The notes under the pieces were generated by a model. It was not told the origin of the DNA, did no database searches, and saw nothing but the letters and a program-made list of their open reading frames with translations. 64,000 nt of DNA from Eledone cirrhosa. Its lineage: Eukaryota. Every line of letters begins with the position of its first letter. The first letter of the stretch is position 1. The stretch covers positions 21,266,001 to 21,330,000 of the forward strand of contig OZ024740.1 of the NCBI GenBank assembly GCA_964016885.1, in the 5' to 3' direction. Below are positions 45,801 through 56,958 of the stretch, piece by piece. The position numbers were made by a program, and so were the translations under genes.

Positions 45801-47965
45801 AGACCCCAATCTATATATTTTATAACATCTTGAGACCCCATCCTATATATTTTATGAGATATTGAGACGTCAACCTACATATTTTATAACATATTGAGAC
45901 CCCAACCTATATATTTCATAACATATTGAGACCCCAATCTATATATTTTATAACATCTTGAGACCCCATCCTATATATTTTATGAGATATTGAGACGTCA
46001 ACCTACATATTTTATAACATATTGAGACCCTCCAAACTATATATTTTATAACATATTGAGACCCCAACCTACATATTGTATAACATATTGAGACCCCAAA
46101 CTAAATATTTTATAACATATTGAGACCCTAACATATATATTTTATAACATATTGAGACCCTCCAACCTACATATCTTATAACATATTGAGACCCCAACCT
46201 ACATATTTTATAACATATTGAGACCCCAACCTACATATTTTATAACATATTGAGACCCCAACCTATATATTTTATAACATATTGACACCCCAACCTATAT
46301 ATTTTATAACATATTGAGACCCTCCAACCGACATATTTTATAACATATTGAGAACTCAACCTATATATTTTATAACATATTGAGACCCCAATATATATAT
46401 TTTACAACATATTGAGACCCCAACCTATATATTTTATAAAATATTTAGACCCTCCAACCTACATATTTTATAACATATTGAGACCCTCGAACCTACATAT
46501 TTTATAACATATTGTGACCCCAAACTACATATTTTATAACATATTGAGACCCAAACTATATATTTTATAACATATTGAGACCCCAACGTACATATTTTAT
46601 AACATATTGAGACCCCAACCTATATATTTTATAAAATATTTAGACCCTCCAACCTACATATTTTATAACATATTGAGACCCCAAACTACATATTTCATAA
46701 CATATTGAGACTCCAACCTACATATTTTATAACATATTGAGACCCCAACCTATATATATTATAACATGTTGAGACCCCAACCTACATATTTCATAACATA
46801 TTGAGACCCCAAACTATATATTTTATAACATATTGAGACCCCTAACTATATATTTTATAACATATTGAGACCCCAAACTATATATTTTATAACATATTGA
46901 GACCCTCCAACCTATATATTTTATAACATATTGAGACCCCCAACCTACATATTTTATAACATATTGACACCCTCAAACCTATATATTTTATAACATATTG
47001 AGACCCCAACCTACATATTTTATAACATATTGAGACCCCAACCAAATATATTTTATAACATATTGAGACCCCAACCTACATGTTTTATAACATATTGAAA
47101 CCATCCAACCTACATAATTTATAACATATTGAGACCCCAACCTATATATTTTATAACATATTGAGACCATCCAACCTACATATTTTATAACATATTGAGA
47201 CCCCAGCCTACATATTTTACATCATATTGTGACCCCAACCTATATATTTTATAACATATTGAGACCCCCAACCTATATATTTTATAACATATTGAGACCC
47301 CAACCTATATATTTCATAACATATTGAGACCCCAATCTATATATTTTATAACATCTTGAGACCCCATCCTATATATTTTATGAGATATTGAGACGTCAAC
47401 CTACATATTTTATAACATATTGAGACCCCAACCTATATATTTCATAACATATTGAGACCCCAATCTATATATTTTATAACATCTTGAGACCCCATCCTAT
47501 ATATTTTATGAGATATTGAGACGTCAACCTACATATTTTATAACATATTGAGACCCCAACCTACATGTATTATAACATATTGAGACCCCAACCTATATAT
47601 TTTATAACATATTGAGACCCAACCTATATATTTTATAACGTATTGAGACCCAAACCTACACATTTTATAACATATTGAGACCCCAACCTACATATTTTAT
47701 AACATATTGAGACCCCAACCTATATATTTTATAACATATTGAGACCATCCAACCTACATATTTTATAACATATTGAGACCCCAACCTACATATATTATAA
47801 CATATTGAGACCCCAACCTATATATTTTATAACATATTGAGACCCAACCTATATATTTTATAACATATTGAGACCCCAACCTACATATTTTACATCATAT
47901 TGAGACCCCAACCTACATATTTTATAACATATTGAGACCCCAACCCATCCTATATATCTTATAAC
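24831..47965. repeat. 32-bp satellite, main array (about 720 monomers) with a 5,389-bp higher-order repeat
   Basis: Marker cactccaacc at 31661, 35250, 37049, 40639 and 42438 gives spacings of 3589/1799/3590/1799. Near-identical spurious ORFs recur at 33155/38544/43933 and 34652/40041/45430 (period 5,389). Confidence 0.98.
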
Positions 47966-48084
47966 GGATGAGATATCTAGTTATGTAACTTTTTTGGTCA
48001 TGTATAATGTTTTTTAATGTCTTAAGAAAACTAATCGTCGCAGGAATGCTAGAACTTAAAATAAAATTTCGTCGGAGTTAGATT

Positions 48085-48438
48085 AGCAAAATTTAATAAG
48101 CGGGACTGGGGGTGGAATGAGGGGGGGGGGGGGCGAAAAAATTGACGTGGTGGAGGAAGGGTTAAATAAGAGCGCGTGAGTGGGGGTGGGGCTCTGAAAA
48201 ATTAATAAGCGGCGAAGGGGGTGAAATAAGAGGGCGGCTGATCTGAAAAATTAATTATCGGAGCGAGGCATGAACTAAGAGCACGGGGGGATCTGAAAAA
48301 GGAATACCGTAAGCGGTGGGGGGAGGGGGGGGTCTAAGAGCGGGTGGTGTCTAAGAGCGCGGGGGGATCTGAAAAATTAATAAGCGTCGGGAGTGGGTGG
48401 AGGGGTAAGGTGGGGACCTCATTGGAGACACGAGAGTA
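48085..48438. mobile_element. G-rich internally repetitive terminal arm of a probable DNA-transposon/MITE
   Basis: About five diverged subrepeats (TAAGAGCG..GGGG..TCTGAAAAATTAATAAGCG) end in ATTGGAGACACGAGAGTA. No complete partner TIR was found. Confidence 0.4.
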
Positions 48439-48666
48439 TTTAAATGTCACCAACAGAAGCAACCTAGATGTAAACAGTGTAAGAACAGCCGGATGTGTGA
48501 AAGGACAAGACTTTACCTTCAAACGTTATCTGGTGATAACTTCATTTGTTAGGCGTAGAAAGAGAATGCCAACGATGACAACGATGACAAATAGTTTTGT
48601 TGTCTGTGAAGGTTAACTTTACTAACCTCTTTAAGGTCAGTCGATGTCGTCGTTGGTCTATATATA

Positions 48667-49177
<511 letters not shown>

Positions 49178-49306
49178 GGAAGCAGAAAATTGCTTATTGT
49201 GATCCAGTTCATGTTTAAGAAAGCCAGTTTCATGGACGGTTTCAACGTACGGTTAGGAGTAACTGCACAAGTTTGTAAGAATTCCGTTCAATTTTGGAGT
49301 ATAAAG

Positions 49307-50185
49307 TATAAAAGAGAAAACACAGGTAAGAATTAAGAGAAGGATTTTATCCAGGTATTTACGACCGTTTCATTGGTAAGCGCAACTTTATATTGCTATA
49401 CTGCAAATAGCAGCCACTCAATGATAATTGTTGTTCACGTCCAAATTTTCAAAATAGAGAGTAAGTTACTCTTGAAATATAAAGAGAAAAACATTTTTTT
49501 TTAATTGTATTTACTAGTATAGAGAGAGAGGCAGAAGAATTAGAAAGTGAGGGGACAAACGGAATAGTATAGAGAGAAAGGAAGGGGGAGAAGAGTTAGG
49601 AAGTAGAGTGACAAACTGAGATGGAGTGAGGAGTAGAGGTGGAAGGATTCTTTGATTAGTTTTGATATGTAGACTTCATGTCAGTGATTGTTGTGAGTTA
49701 AAGAGAATTAAATTGATCAAAGATGGAGAGAGAGAGGGGTGGCAGATAAAGAGATAAATAAATATATATATATATATATATATAAAATAAAGATAAAAAT
49801 AATAATGATAAAAATAAAAGTAAAGAAGGGGGGGGGGCGAGAAAGAAGAAAAGAAAAGATAGCCAAAAAGAGGAGGGAAGAAAGGAAGAAAACGAAAAGA
49901 AATAGAAGAGGAAGGAGAAGGGAGGGATATAGGTATTGGTTTTTGTGGGTAATTAAAGGTACAATAAGAGGGTAGAAACTCTAAGTATATGCAGTTTGTC
50001 AGTTGGTAGTAAGAGGTTAAGGGTTCCATTTGCACTTGTAGTGCGAAAACTTCTTCTTGAGTCTATGGTTACAATGAATTGATCTTTCGATTTTATTGTT
50101 GAGTAACTTATTCTTCGAACCCAAAATGTGGAACAGCTCAAGGTCACATAATCAGTTGCCAGGTCTTGTTTGCAAGGGTAGTTAC
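49307..50185 (-). mobile_element. PLE family C, left inverted arm (endonuclease C-terminus, 3' UTR and pLTR)
   Basis: Reverse complement of 50189-50690 joined to 56470-56962. It lacks the equivalent of 50222-50305. Confidence 0.8.
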
Positions 50186-50188
50186 ATA

Positions 50189-50680
50189 GTAACTACCCTT
50201 GCAAACAAGACCTGGAAACTGAGGGAAAGTAACCATCAATACACCCTAAAGTGGAAAAAAATTATCGAACGCGCCCCCATATCGGAGTGGTATGAGAAGC
50301 TGTCGATTATGGGACCTTGAGCTGTTCCACATTTTGAGTTCGAAGAATAAGTTACTCAACAATAAAATCGAAAGATCAGTTTATTGTAACCATAGACTCA
50401 AAGAGAAGTTTTCGCACTACAAGTGCAAATGGAACCCTTAACCTCTTACTACCAACTGACAAACTGCATATAATTAGACTTTATACCCTCTTATTATATC
50501 TAACCCCTTTATTTACCCACAAAAACCAATACCTATATCTTTCCCTCTCCTTCATTCCTCTTCTATTTCTTTTCGTTTTTTTCCTTTCTTTCCTCCCCTT
50601 TTTGGCTATCTTTTCTTTTCTTCTTTCTCCCCCGCCCACCCTTCTTTACTTTTATTTTTATCATTATTATTTTTATCTTT

Positions 50681-50690
<10 letters not shown>
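50189..50690 (+). mobile_element. PLE family C, right arm part 1 (degenerate GIY-YIG C-terminus)
   Basis: With two frameshifts it reads TTLANKTWKLRESNHQYTLKWKIIERAPxYRSGMRSCRL(W)DLELFHILSSKNKLLNNKIERSVYCNHRLKEKFSHYKCKWNP*. The KW, CxL(C), E, LN and CxH pattern fits a PLE endonuclease tail. Confidence 0.7.

Positions 50691-50744
<54 letters not shown>
50687..50744. repeat. (TA)n tract, insertion site of PLE family A
   Basis: The homologous uninterrupted TA tract is in the left arm at ~49762-49784. The TA run resumes at 56469-56482. Confidence 0.9.
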
Positions 50745-50749
<5 letters not shown>

Positions 50750-52597
50750 ATACTTTGGGAGGGTCATGTTGCCAATAAGAAACACACGCACCAGTTGCTT
50801 TCACTTCAATTTATTATAATAAATTTATAATAAATTTATAAATTTATAAATTTCTGGTTGGTTGGTTGGTTCCACAACCAGATAGTTGTTTATATATAGT
50901 CATAGTTCTTTCGTCACACACTCTGTGACCTCTTCAGTGACTGGGGATTCCTTTCTTTGTTTCTGTGCCTCTCCTTTGTTCTGTCCTACGCCATTTTTTT
51001 TCTGTGTGTGTGTTGTGTGCTCAGTCTGCGCATGCGCCACATCCGGGTGTCTGTGTGTGTTTATTTTCATTTATTTATTTGTTTATTTACATGTTACTGG
51101 TTGGTTGTTTGTTCTATGTGTGTGTGTGTTTTCATTTTGTCCTTAATTGTAAGTTGTGATGTTGCTGTTCCACTCATATTTTCTATTTAATTTTGGTTGT
51201 AATTCTTTTATGTTTATTGCCTCTGTAATTTGTCTAAACATTGCGTCTTTTCTGTGTGTAGATTCTATTTTTATTTCTATGTTCTCTAATTTACCCTTGT
51301 GTTCTATTTTAGCATGTTGGTAGAGTACAGATGATTCTTTATTATCTTGAAGGTCTCGCCAGTGTTCATTTATCCGTTCCCCTACACTACGAGCTGTCTC
51401 ACCTATGTACACTATATTTTTGTCTCTACATTGTCCTTCAGTACATCTTATGCTATACACTACATTTCTAGTTTTACAGTTAATATGGGGGCTTATTTTA
51501 CAGGTTATACATTTCTTATCTATACATGAGGGTCTTTGAAAAGGGTATGTCTTGCTAATAAGTGTTTTTACGGAGGTACCTGGTCTTTCTACTATCTTAA
51601 TATTGAGTTCATGTTTATTTAGGGCCCTTCTAAATTTGTAAGCTAATTCACCTCTAGGGGTTGTATCGATGAACATTACACTCTGGTATTTATTGCTATC
51701 ATACCATGAGTTTATTCTATTAGCCTTGTTCCTAGTTCTTTCTATTCTATTCCAAAATTTGCTCCTATACAAGGGGCATGTCCCATTTATGTCATTATTT
51801 ACCATTTTTTCCCATTTGGTTCTGGCTCCTCTATACACTCTGATTTTATCTCTCTGATTGTAGCCAGAGAACTGCATACGGTGGATGAAGTGTTGTATGT
51901 GGCTCTCTAGTTCTTCGGGGTTGCACATGCGGGACACATTTCTCATCACCCGTACCAAATCTGCAATCAGTATGTTGATTTTGGTATGGTCCGAAACGGC
52001 CAGTTTCGGTGGATCAGACGTTTGGAAGTCATGGGTTTGGCATAATGGAAATGGAGGATTTGTTTTTTTGTTTTTAATGGTATCTAACCAGAGCTCTGTG
52101 TCTAGTACAGGTAATCGATGGTTGGGGTGTTTACTTGTGTAGTCTATAGTAACTCTAATGCTCTGGTGGATGGAGTTTGCTTTTTGCTGGATGCTTTCCA
52201 TTGTGTTTTTCTCTAGTTCCTGACTGTTCTCTAGTGGGGGTGTCTTAACTACGATGTTTATATCATCTACGTAGCGGGAGTACATTATCAGGGTTAAGGG
52301 GTCTTCTAATTTTTCTTTAAGTTTAAGTTTAAGTCTACTGTCCCACCATACCATGAATAAGTTAGCTATGTCGCCTGCAATGCTAACACCAATGGCTGCT
52401 CCTTCCTCTTGGGCATATGTTTTTCCATTAAATTTGAACATATGTTCCTTAAGGGTTAGTTTTATGCTGGCCCCTACCGCATGTGCAATCATTTTCTTCA
52501 GTTCATCGTGGTTTTCGGGTGTCCGTATGACTCTAGTCCACCCGTTCCATCTATGTGTGTTGGCCATTGAGGTAATGGTAGGTGGTCTGCCTCTTGC
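50744..52597 (-). mobile_element. PLE family A, inverted 5'-truncated copy
   Basis: Reverse complement of ~54548-56410. ORF 51143-52567 has QEEGAAIG, RYVDD, CxxxxCxxC and VVY..YIGETARS, with compensating frameshifts near 52010-52070. Confidence 0.95.
50898..50942 (-). ncRNA. Minimal type I hammerhead ribozyme in the family A pLTR
   Basis: AGUCA CUGAAGA G GUCACA-gagug-UGUGAC GAAA gaac UA UGACU: 5-bp stem I, 6-bp stem II, intact core, minimal stem III. Confidence 0.8.
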
Positions 52598-55500
52598 ATA
52601 AAAAAGAAGATCTATAGAGAATTAAGTCATCAAGAAAAACATAAGCGTAACCTAATACAAGAAATAGCTAGGATCACCACACCAAGAGAGAAACTAATAT
52701 TTATAAGCCTTATACGCCCTGAAGAACAGTACATTACTCAAGAATGTGATAAGCACTTTAACAAGAAACTAAAGTGGCTTAAGCAGATAAAGCTAAATCA
52801 GGATACTATAGAGAATACCAATAGATATCCCGACAAAATCGACGGTATAAATATGGCCGACACCTCATTAACAGAAGAGTTCAACAACAACAACAACACA
52901 AATATATACGGTAACACAAGAATAGAGGACGATGAGATGTCTGTGTTATGTTTACCCCCGAAATTTGCGACATTCAAAAAGGTAAATATGATTAGTTGTC
53001 TGTCAGAAATAGAAAAATCATTTACAAAACTACGCTGGAGCCTCAAAAACAAAAACAAAAACAAAAGCAACAATATACGCACACACATATACAACACACA
53101 TCCCAACAACAACAGACACACAGATACAAACAACAATAACAACAACACACATACCAACAACAACAACAATAACAACATACCCAGAAACAACAACAACAGA
53201 CACGCAGACACAAACAACAATAACAACACACACAACAACAATAACACACACGGAGACAACAACAACACACATCAACAACAGCACACATCAACAACAACAA
53301 CACACACACATTCAATGCCTCTCACCACCACCACAATCTTAACAAACACACAGACACAGAAAACAAGTAATGACAGTAGCACAGAAATCACAGAAATAAG
53401 GGAAAGTAATAGGATTAAAAAGAGAAGGGAGACTAAGGACAAAGAGAATAACCAAGACGAACACACAGACACACAAAATAGGGTAGATAACAACAATGAG
53501 CCAGTGGAAAGAGACAGGAGTAATTGTGAGAGACATAGAAACAACCATGAGGCTGTTGGTGGAAATAGAAATAGAAACAACACAACTAACAATAACAATA
53601 GCACTAGTACACATAAAGCAGCAGCCTGGAACTCTACGTTTTATAATCCCTCCGATAAATCATTCGACCTGCGACGAGTCCACGCCACGACTTTACCATT
53701 TAACAAACGCACGCAATTGCCGTCGCAGGTCGATGAACAAACAGAAGCACAATTTATTATAGCTAGATCCGAACTTAGAAATATTATAGAACAGTATAGC
53801 AAGAAGCATAATAGAATGGAGGCCCAGCAACTGGGAGAAAAATCTGCAAATGGCTTGCGTAAGCTCATGCAGCGCTCACGTAATGGAGAGATAGCATGCT
53901 TTCCAACAGACAAGTCTGGCAGAATGTCGGTTGACAGCCTGCCAAACTACATCCAGGCGATGCAACCCCACATCACTAACACAAGAGAGGTAACACCACA
54001 GGAGCATGAGGATAGAGAAAAAGCCCTCAATGCCCATATGGTGATGTGGACGAATATAATGCAGCCCAACAAAAAGACTGCCAACAACTTCCAGGCCTGG
54101 AACAATGACGTGCCGGCGTTGTATGGGCTTCGAAAAGACCATAAAACGGGCTGTGACCCTGTCGCGGGACCACCAACACGGCCAGTCTGTGGAGCTAACA
54201 TTGCTAGTAACTACAGACTGTCCTACTTCCTCTCCCTGATCATACGCCCTATCATTGAAATGTCCCCAGATGTATGTGACAGCACGGAGGACCTCCTCAG
54301 CAGAATCGGCGTGAGTAACTGATCTGGGGACCTAACAAACTGCATAATAGGCAGTATGGATGTTGTGTCCCTGTATCCATCTATTGACGTGGATTTTGCT
54401 GTGGAGAAATGCGTAGAAATGATCAGTGTGAGCAAGGTTGAGTTCCGTGGGATTGATACCAGTGAGCTGGGACTCCTATTTAGGCTTACCTATAGTAATA
54501 ATTACCTAGACACATATGACCTTAGCAACCTGTGCCCTACAAGACCAGCAAGTGGCAGACCACCTACCATTACCTCAATGGCCAAGAAAACCCACACAGA
54601 TAGATGGAACGGGTGGACCAGAGCCATACGGACACCCGAAAACCACGATGAACTGAAGAAAATGATTGCACATGCGGTAGGGGCCAGCATAAAACTAACC
54701 CTTAAGGAACATATGTTCAAATTTAATGGAAAAACATATGCCCAAGAGGAAGGAGCAGCCATTGGTGTTAGCATTGCAAGCGACATAGCTAACTTATTCA
54801 TGGTATGGTGGGACAGTAGACTTAAACTTAAACTTAAAGAAAAATTAGAAGACCCCTTAACCCTGATAATGTACTCCCGCTACGTAGATGATATAAACAT
54901 CGTAGTTAAGACACCCCCACTAGAGAACAGTCAGGATCTAGAGAAAAACACAATGGAAAGCATCCAGCAAAAAGCAAACTCCATCCACCAGAGCATTAGA
55001 GTTACTATAGACTACCCAAGTAAACACCCCAACCATCGATTACCTGTACTAGACACAGAGCTCTGGTTAGATACCATTAACAACAAATAACAAATCCTCC
55101 ATTGCCATTATGCCAAACCCATGACTTCCAAACATCTGATCCACCGAAACTCGGCCGTTTCGGACCATACCAAAATCAACATACTGATTGCGGATTTGGT
55201 ACGGGTGATGAGAAATGTGTCCCGCATGTGCAACCCCGAAGAACTAGAGAGACACATACAACACTTCATCCACCGCATGCAGTTCTCTGGCTACAATCAG
55301 AGAGATAAAATCAGAGTGTATAGAGGAGCCAGAACCAAATGGGAAAAAATGGTAAATAATGACATAAATGGGACATGCCCCTTGTATAGGAGCAAATTTT
55401 GGAATAGAATAGAAAGAACTAGGAACAAGGCTAATAGAATAAACTCATGGTATGATAGCAATAAATACCAGAGTGTAATGTTCATCGATACAACCCCTAA

Positions 55501-56011
55501 AGGTGAATTAGCTTACAAATTTAGAAGGGCCCTAAATAAACATAAACTCAATATTAAGATAGTAGAAAGACCAGGTACCTCCGTAAAAACACTTATTAGC
55601 AAGACATACCCTTTTCAAAGACCCTCATGTATAGATAAGGAATGTATAACCTGTAAAATAAGCCCCCATATTAACTGTAAAACTAGAAATGTAGTGTATA
55701 GCATAAGATGTACTGAAGGACAATGTAGAGACAAAAATATAGTGTACATAGGTGAGACAGCTCGTAGTGTAGGGGAACGGATAAATGAACACTGGCGAGA
55801 CCTTCAAGATAATAAAGAATCATCTGTACTCTACCAACATGCTAAAATAGAACACAAGAGTAAATTAGAGAACATAGAAATAAAAATAGAATCTACACAC
55901 AGAAAAGACGCAATGTTTAGACAAATTACAGAGGCAATAAACATAAAAGAATTACAACCAAAATTAAATAGAAAATATGAGTGGAACAGCAACATCACAA
56001 CTTACAATTAA
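52598..56011 (+). pseudogene. PLE polyprotein (~1,137 codons, 5'-truncated) with two in-frame stops (TGA 54320-54322, TAA 55088-55090)
   Basis: ORFs 52853-54322, 54356-55090 and 55121-56011 share one frame, which is open back to the junction at 52598. Motifs: LCLPPKF, TDKSG, LYGLRKDHK, RPVC, SMDVVSLYPSI, QEEGAAIG, RYVDD, LPVLD, FSGY, CIDKECITC, NVVY..C..C..YIGET.R..R..EH..H, E..LNRK.E. Confidence 0.93.
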
Positions 56012-56211
56012 GGACAAAATGAAAACACACACACACATAGAACAAACAACCAACCAGTAACATGTAAATAAACAAATAAATAAATGAACATAAACACACA
56101 CAGACACCCGGATGTGGCGCATGCGCAGACTGAGCACACAACACACACACAGAAACAAAATGGCGTAGGACAGAACAAAGGAGAGGCACAGAAACAAAGA
56201 AAGGAATCCCC

Positions 56212-56256
56212 AGTTACTGAAGAGGTCACAGAGTGTGTGACGAAAGAACTATGACT
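56212..56256 (+). ncRNA. Minimal type I hammerhead ribozyme in the family A pLTR
   Basis: AGUUA CUGAAGA G GUCACA-gagug-UGUGAC GAAA gaac UA UGACU. Stem I has one U-G wobble. Confidence 0.8.
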
Positions 56257-56386
56257 ATATATAAACAACTATCTGGTTGTGGAACCAACCAACCAACCAG
56301 AAATTTATAAATTTATAAATTTATTATAAATTTATTATAATAAATTGAAGTGAAAGCAACTGGTGCGTGTGTTTCTTATTGGCAAC

Positions 56387-56470
56387 ATGACCCTCCCAAA
56401 GTATAACAATATCGGTTTCAACACACGATTTCAGATAAAGAATCTTGCTAAACAAATTCAGAAACGAAAT
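56387..56470 (+). other. pLTR tail encoding the N-terminal 28 codons of the family A ORF
   Basis: MTLPKYNNIGFNTRFQIKNLAKQIQKRN, homologous to MTLPRYNNICFDTRFHIKNLAKLIHRRY at 60682-60599 (-), with synonymous differences. Confidence 0.75.
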
Positions 56471-56958
56471 ATATATATATATTTATCTCTTTATCTCGCC
56501 CCCCCCCCCCCTCTCTCTCTCTATCCATCCCTCCCACTATGATCAATTTAATTCTCTTTAACTCACTACAATCACCGACGTGAAGTCTACATATCAAAAC
56601 TAATCAAAGAATCCTTCCACCTCTACTCCTCACTCCATCTCAGTTTGTCACTCTACTTCCTAACACTTCTCCCCCATCCTCTCTCTCTATACTATTCCGT
56701 TTGTCCCCTCACTTTCTAATTCTTCTTCCTCTCTCTCTATACTAGTAAATACAATTCCCAAAAAATGTTTTTCTCTATATATTAAGAACTATTTCAAGAG
56801 TAACTTACTCTCTATTTTGAAAATTTGGACGTGAACAACAATTATCATTGAGTCGTTGCTATTTGCAGTATAGCAATATAAGGTTGCACTTACCAATGAA
56901 ACGGTCGTGAATGCCTGGATAGAATCCTTCTCTTAATGCTTACCTGTGTTTTCTCTTT

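Larger units (their letters stand above)
52598..56470 (+). mobile_element. PLE family A, long copy (RT + C-terminal GIY-YIG, Nematis/Neptune-like) with pLTR
   Basis: Single reading frame plus a 3' UTR, a hammerhead and a tail ending in (TA)n. Confidence 0.95.

Noticed and set aside
33155-47170. MGSQYVIKY ORFs
   Set aside because: Satellite translation artefacts, useful only as period markers.
1-47965. CRISPR-like appearance of the 62- and 32-bp arrays
   Set aside because: Monomers are contiguous with no unique spacers, there are no cas genes, and the context is eukaryotic.
21218-47965. TAGGTTGGGG in the 32-bp monomer (minus strand) as a telomere-derived repeat
   Set aside because: It is a single short motif per monomer, with no (TTAGGG)n tracts.
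48440-48655. Unique-looking stretch with candidate splice sites
   Set aside because: No convincing acceptor/donor pair with a recognisable peptide on either strand.
52798-53614. Leu/Val/Cys-rich minus-strand ORFs that look like membrane or metallothionein proteins
   Set aside because: Antisense readings of the (AAC)/(CA) tract in the PLE ORF.
54320-54322. In-frame TGA as selenocysteine (known for some Naiad PLEs)
   Set aside because: It aligns to Lys in family B, not Cys, so CGA>TGA decay is likelier. The same copy also has an in-frame TAA, the endonuclease is C-terminal, and no SECIS was recognised.
56835-56912. GAAACGGTC after a long hairpin in the family C pLTR (similar GAAACCGTC near 49235, minus strand)
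   Set aside because: It resembles a hammerhead 3' half, but I could not find a CUGANGA core or stem I in either arm. Not counted as a ribozyme.
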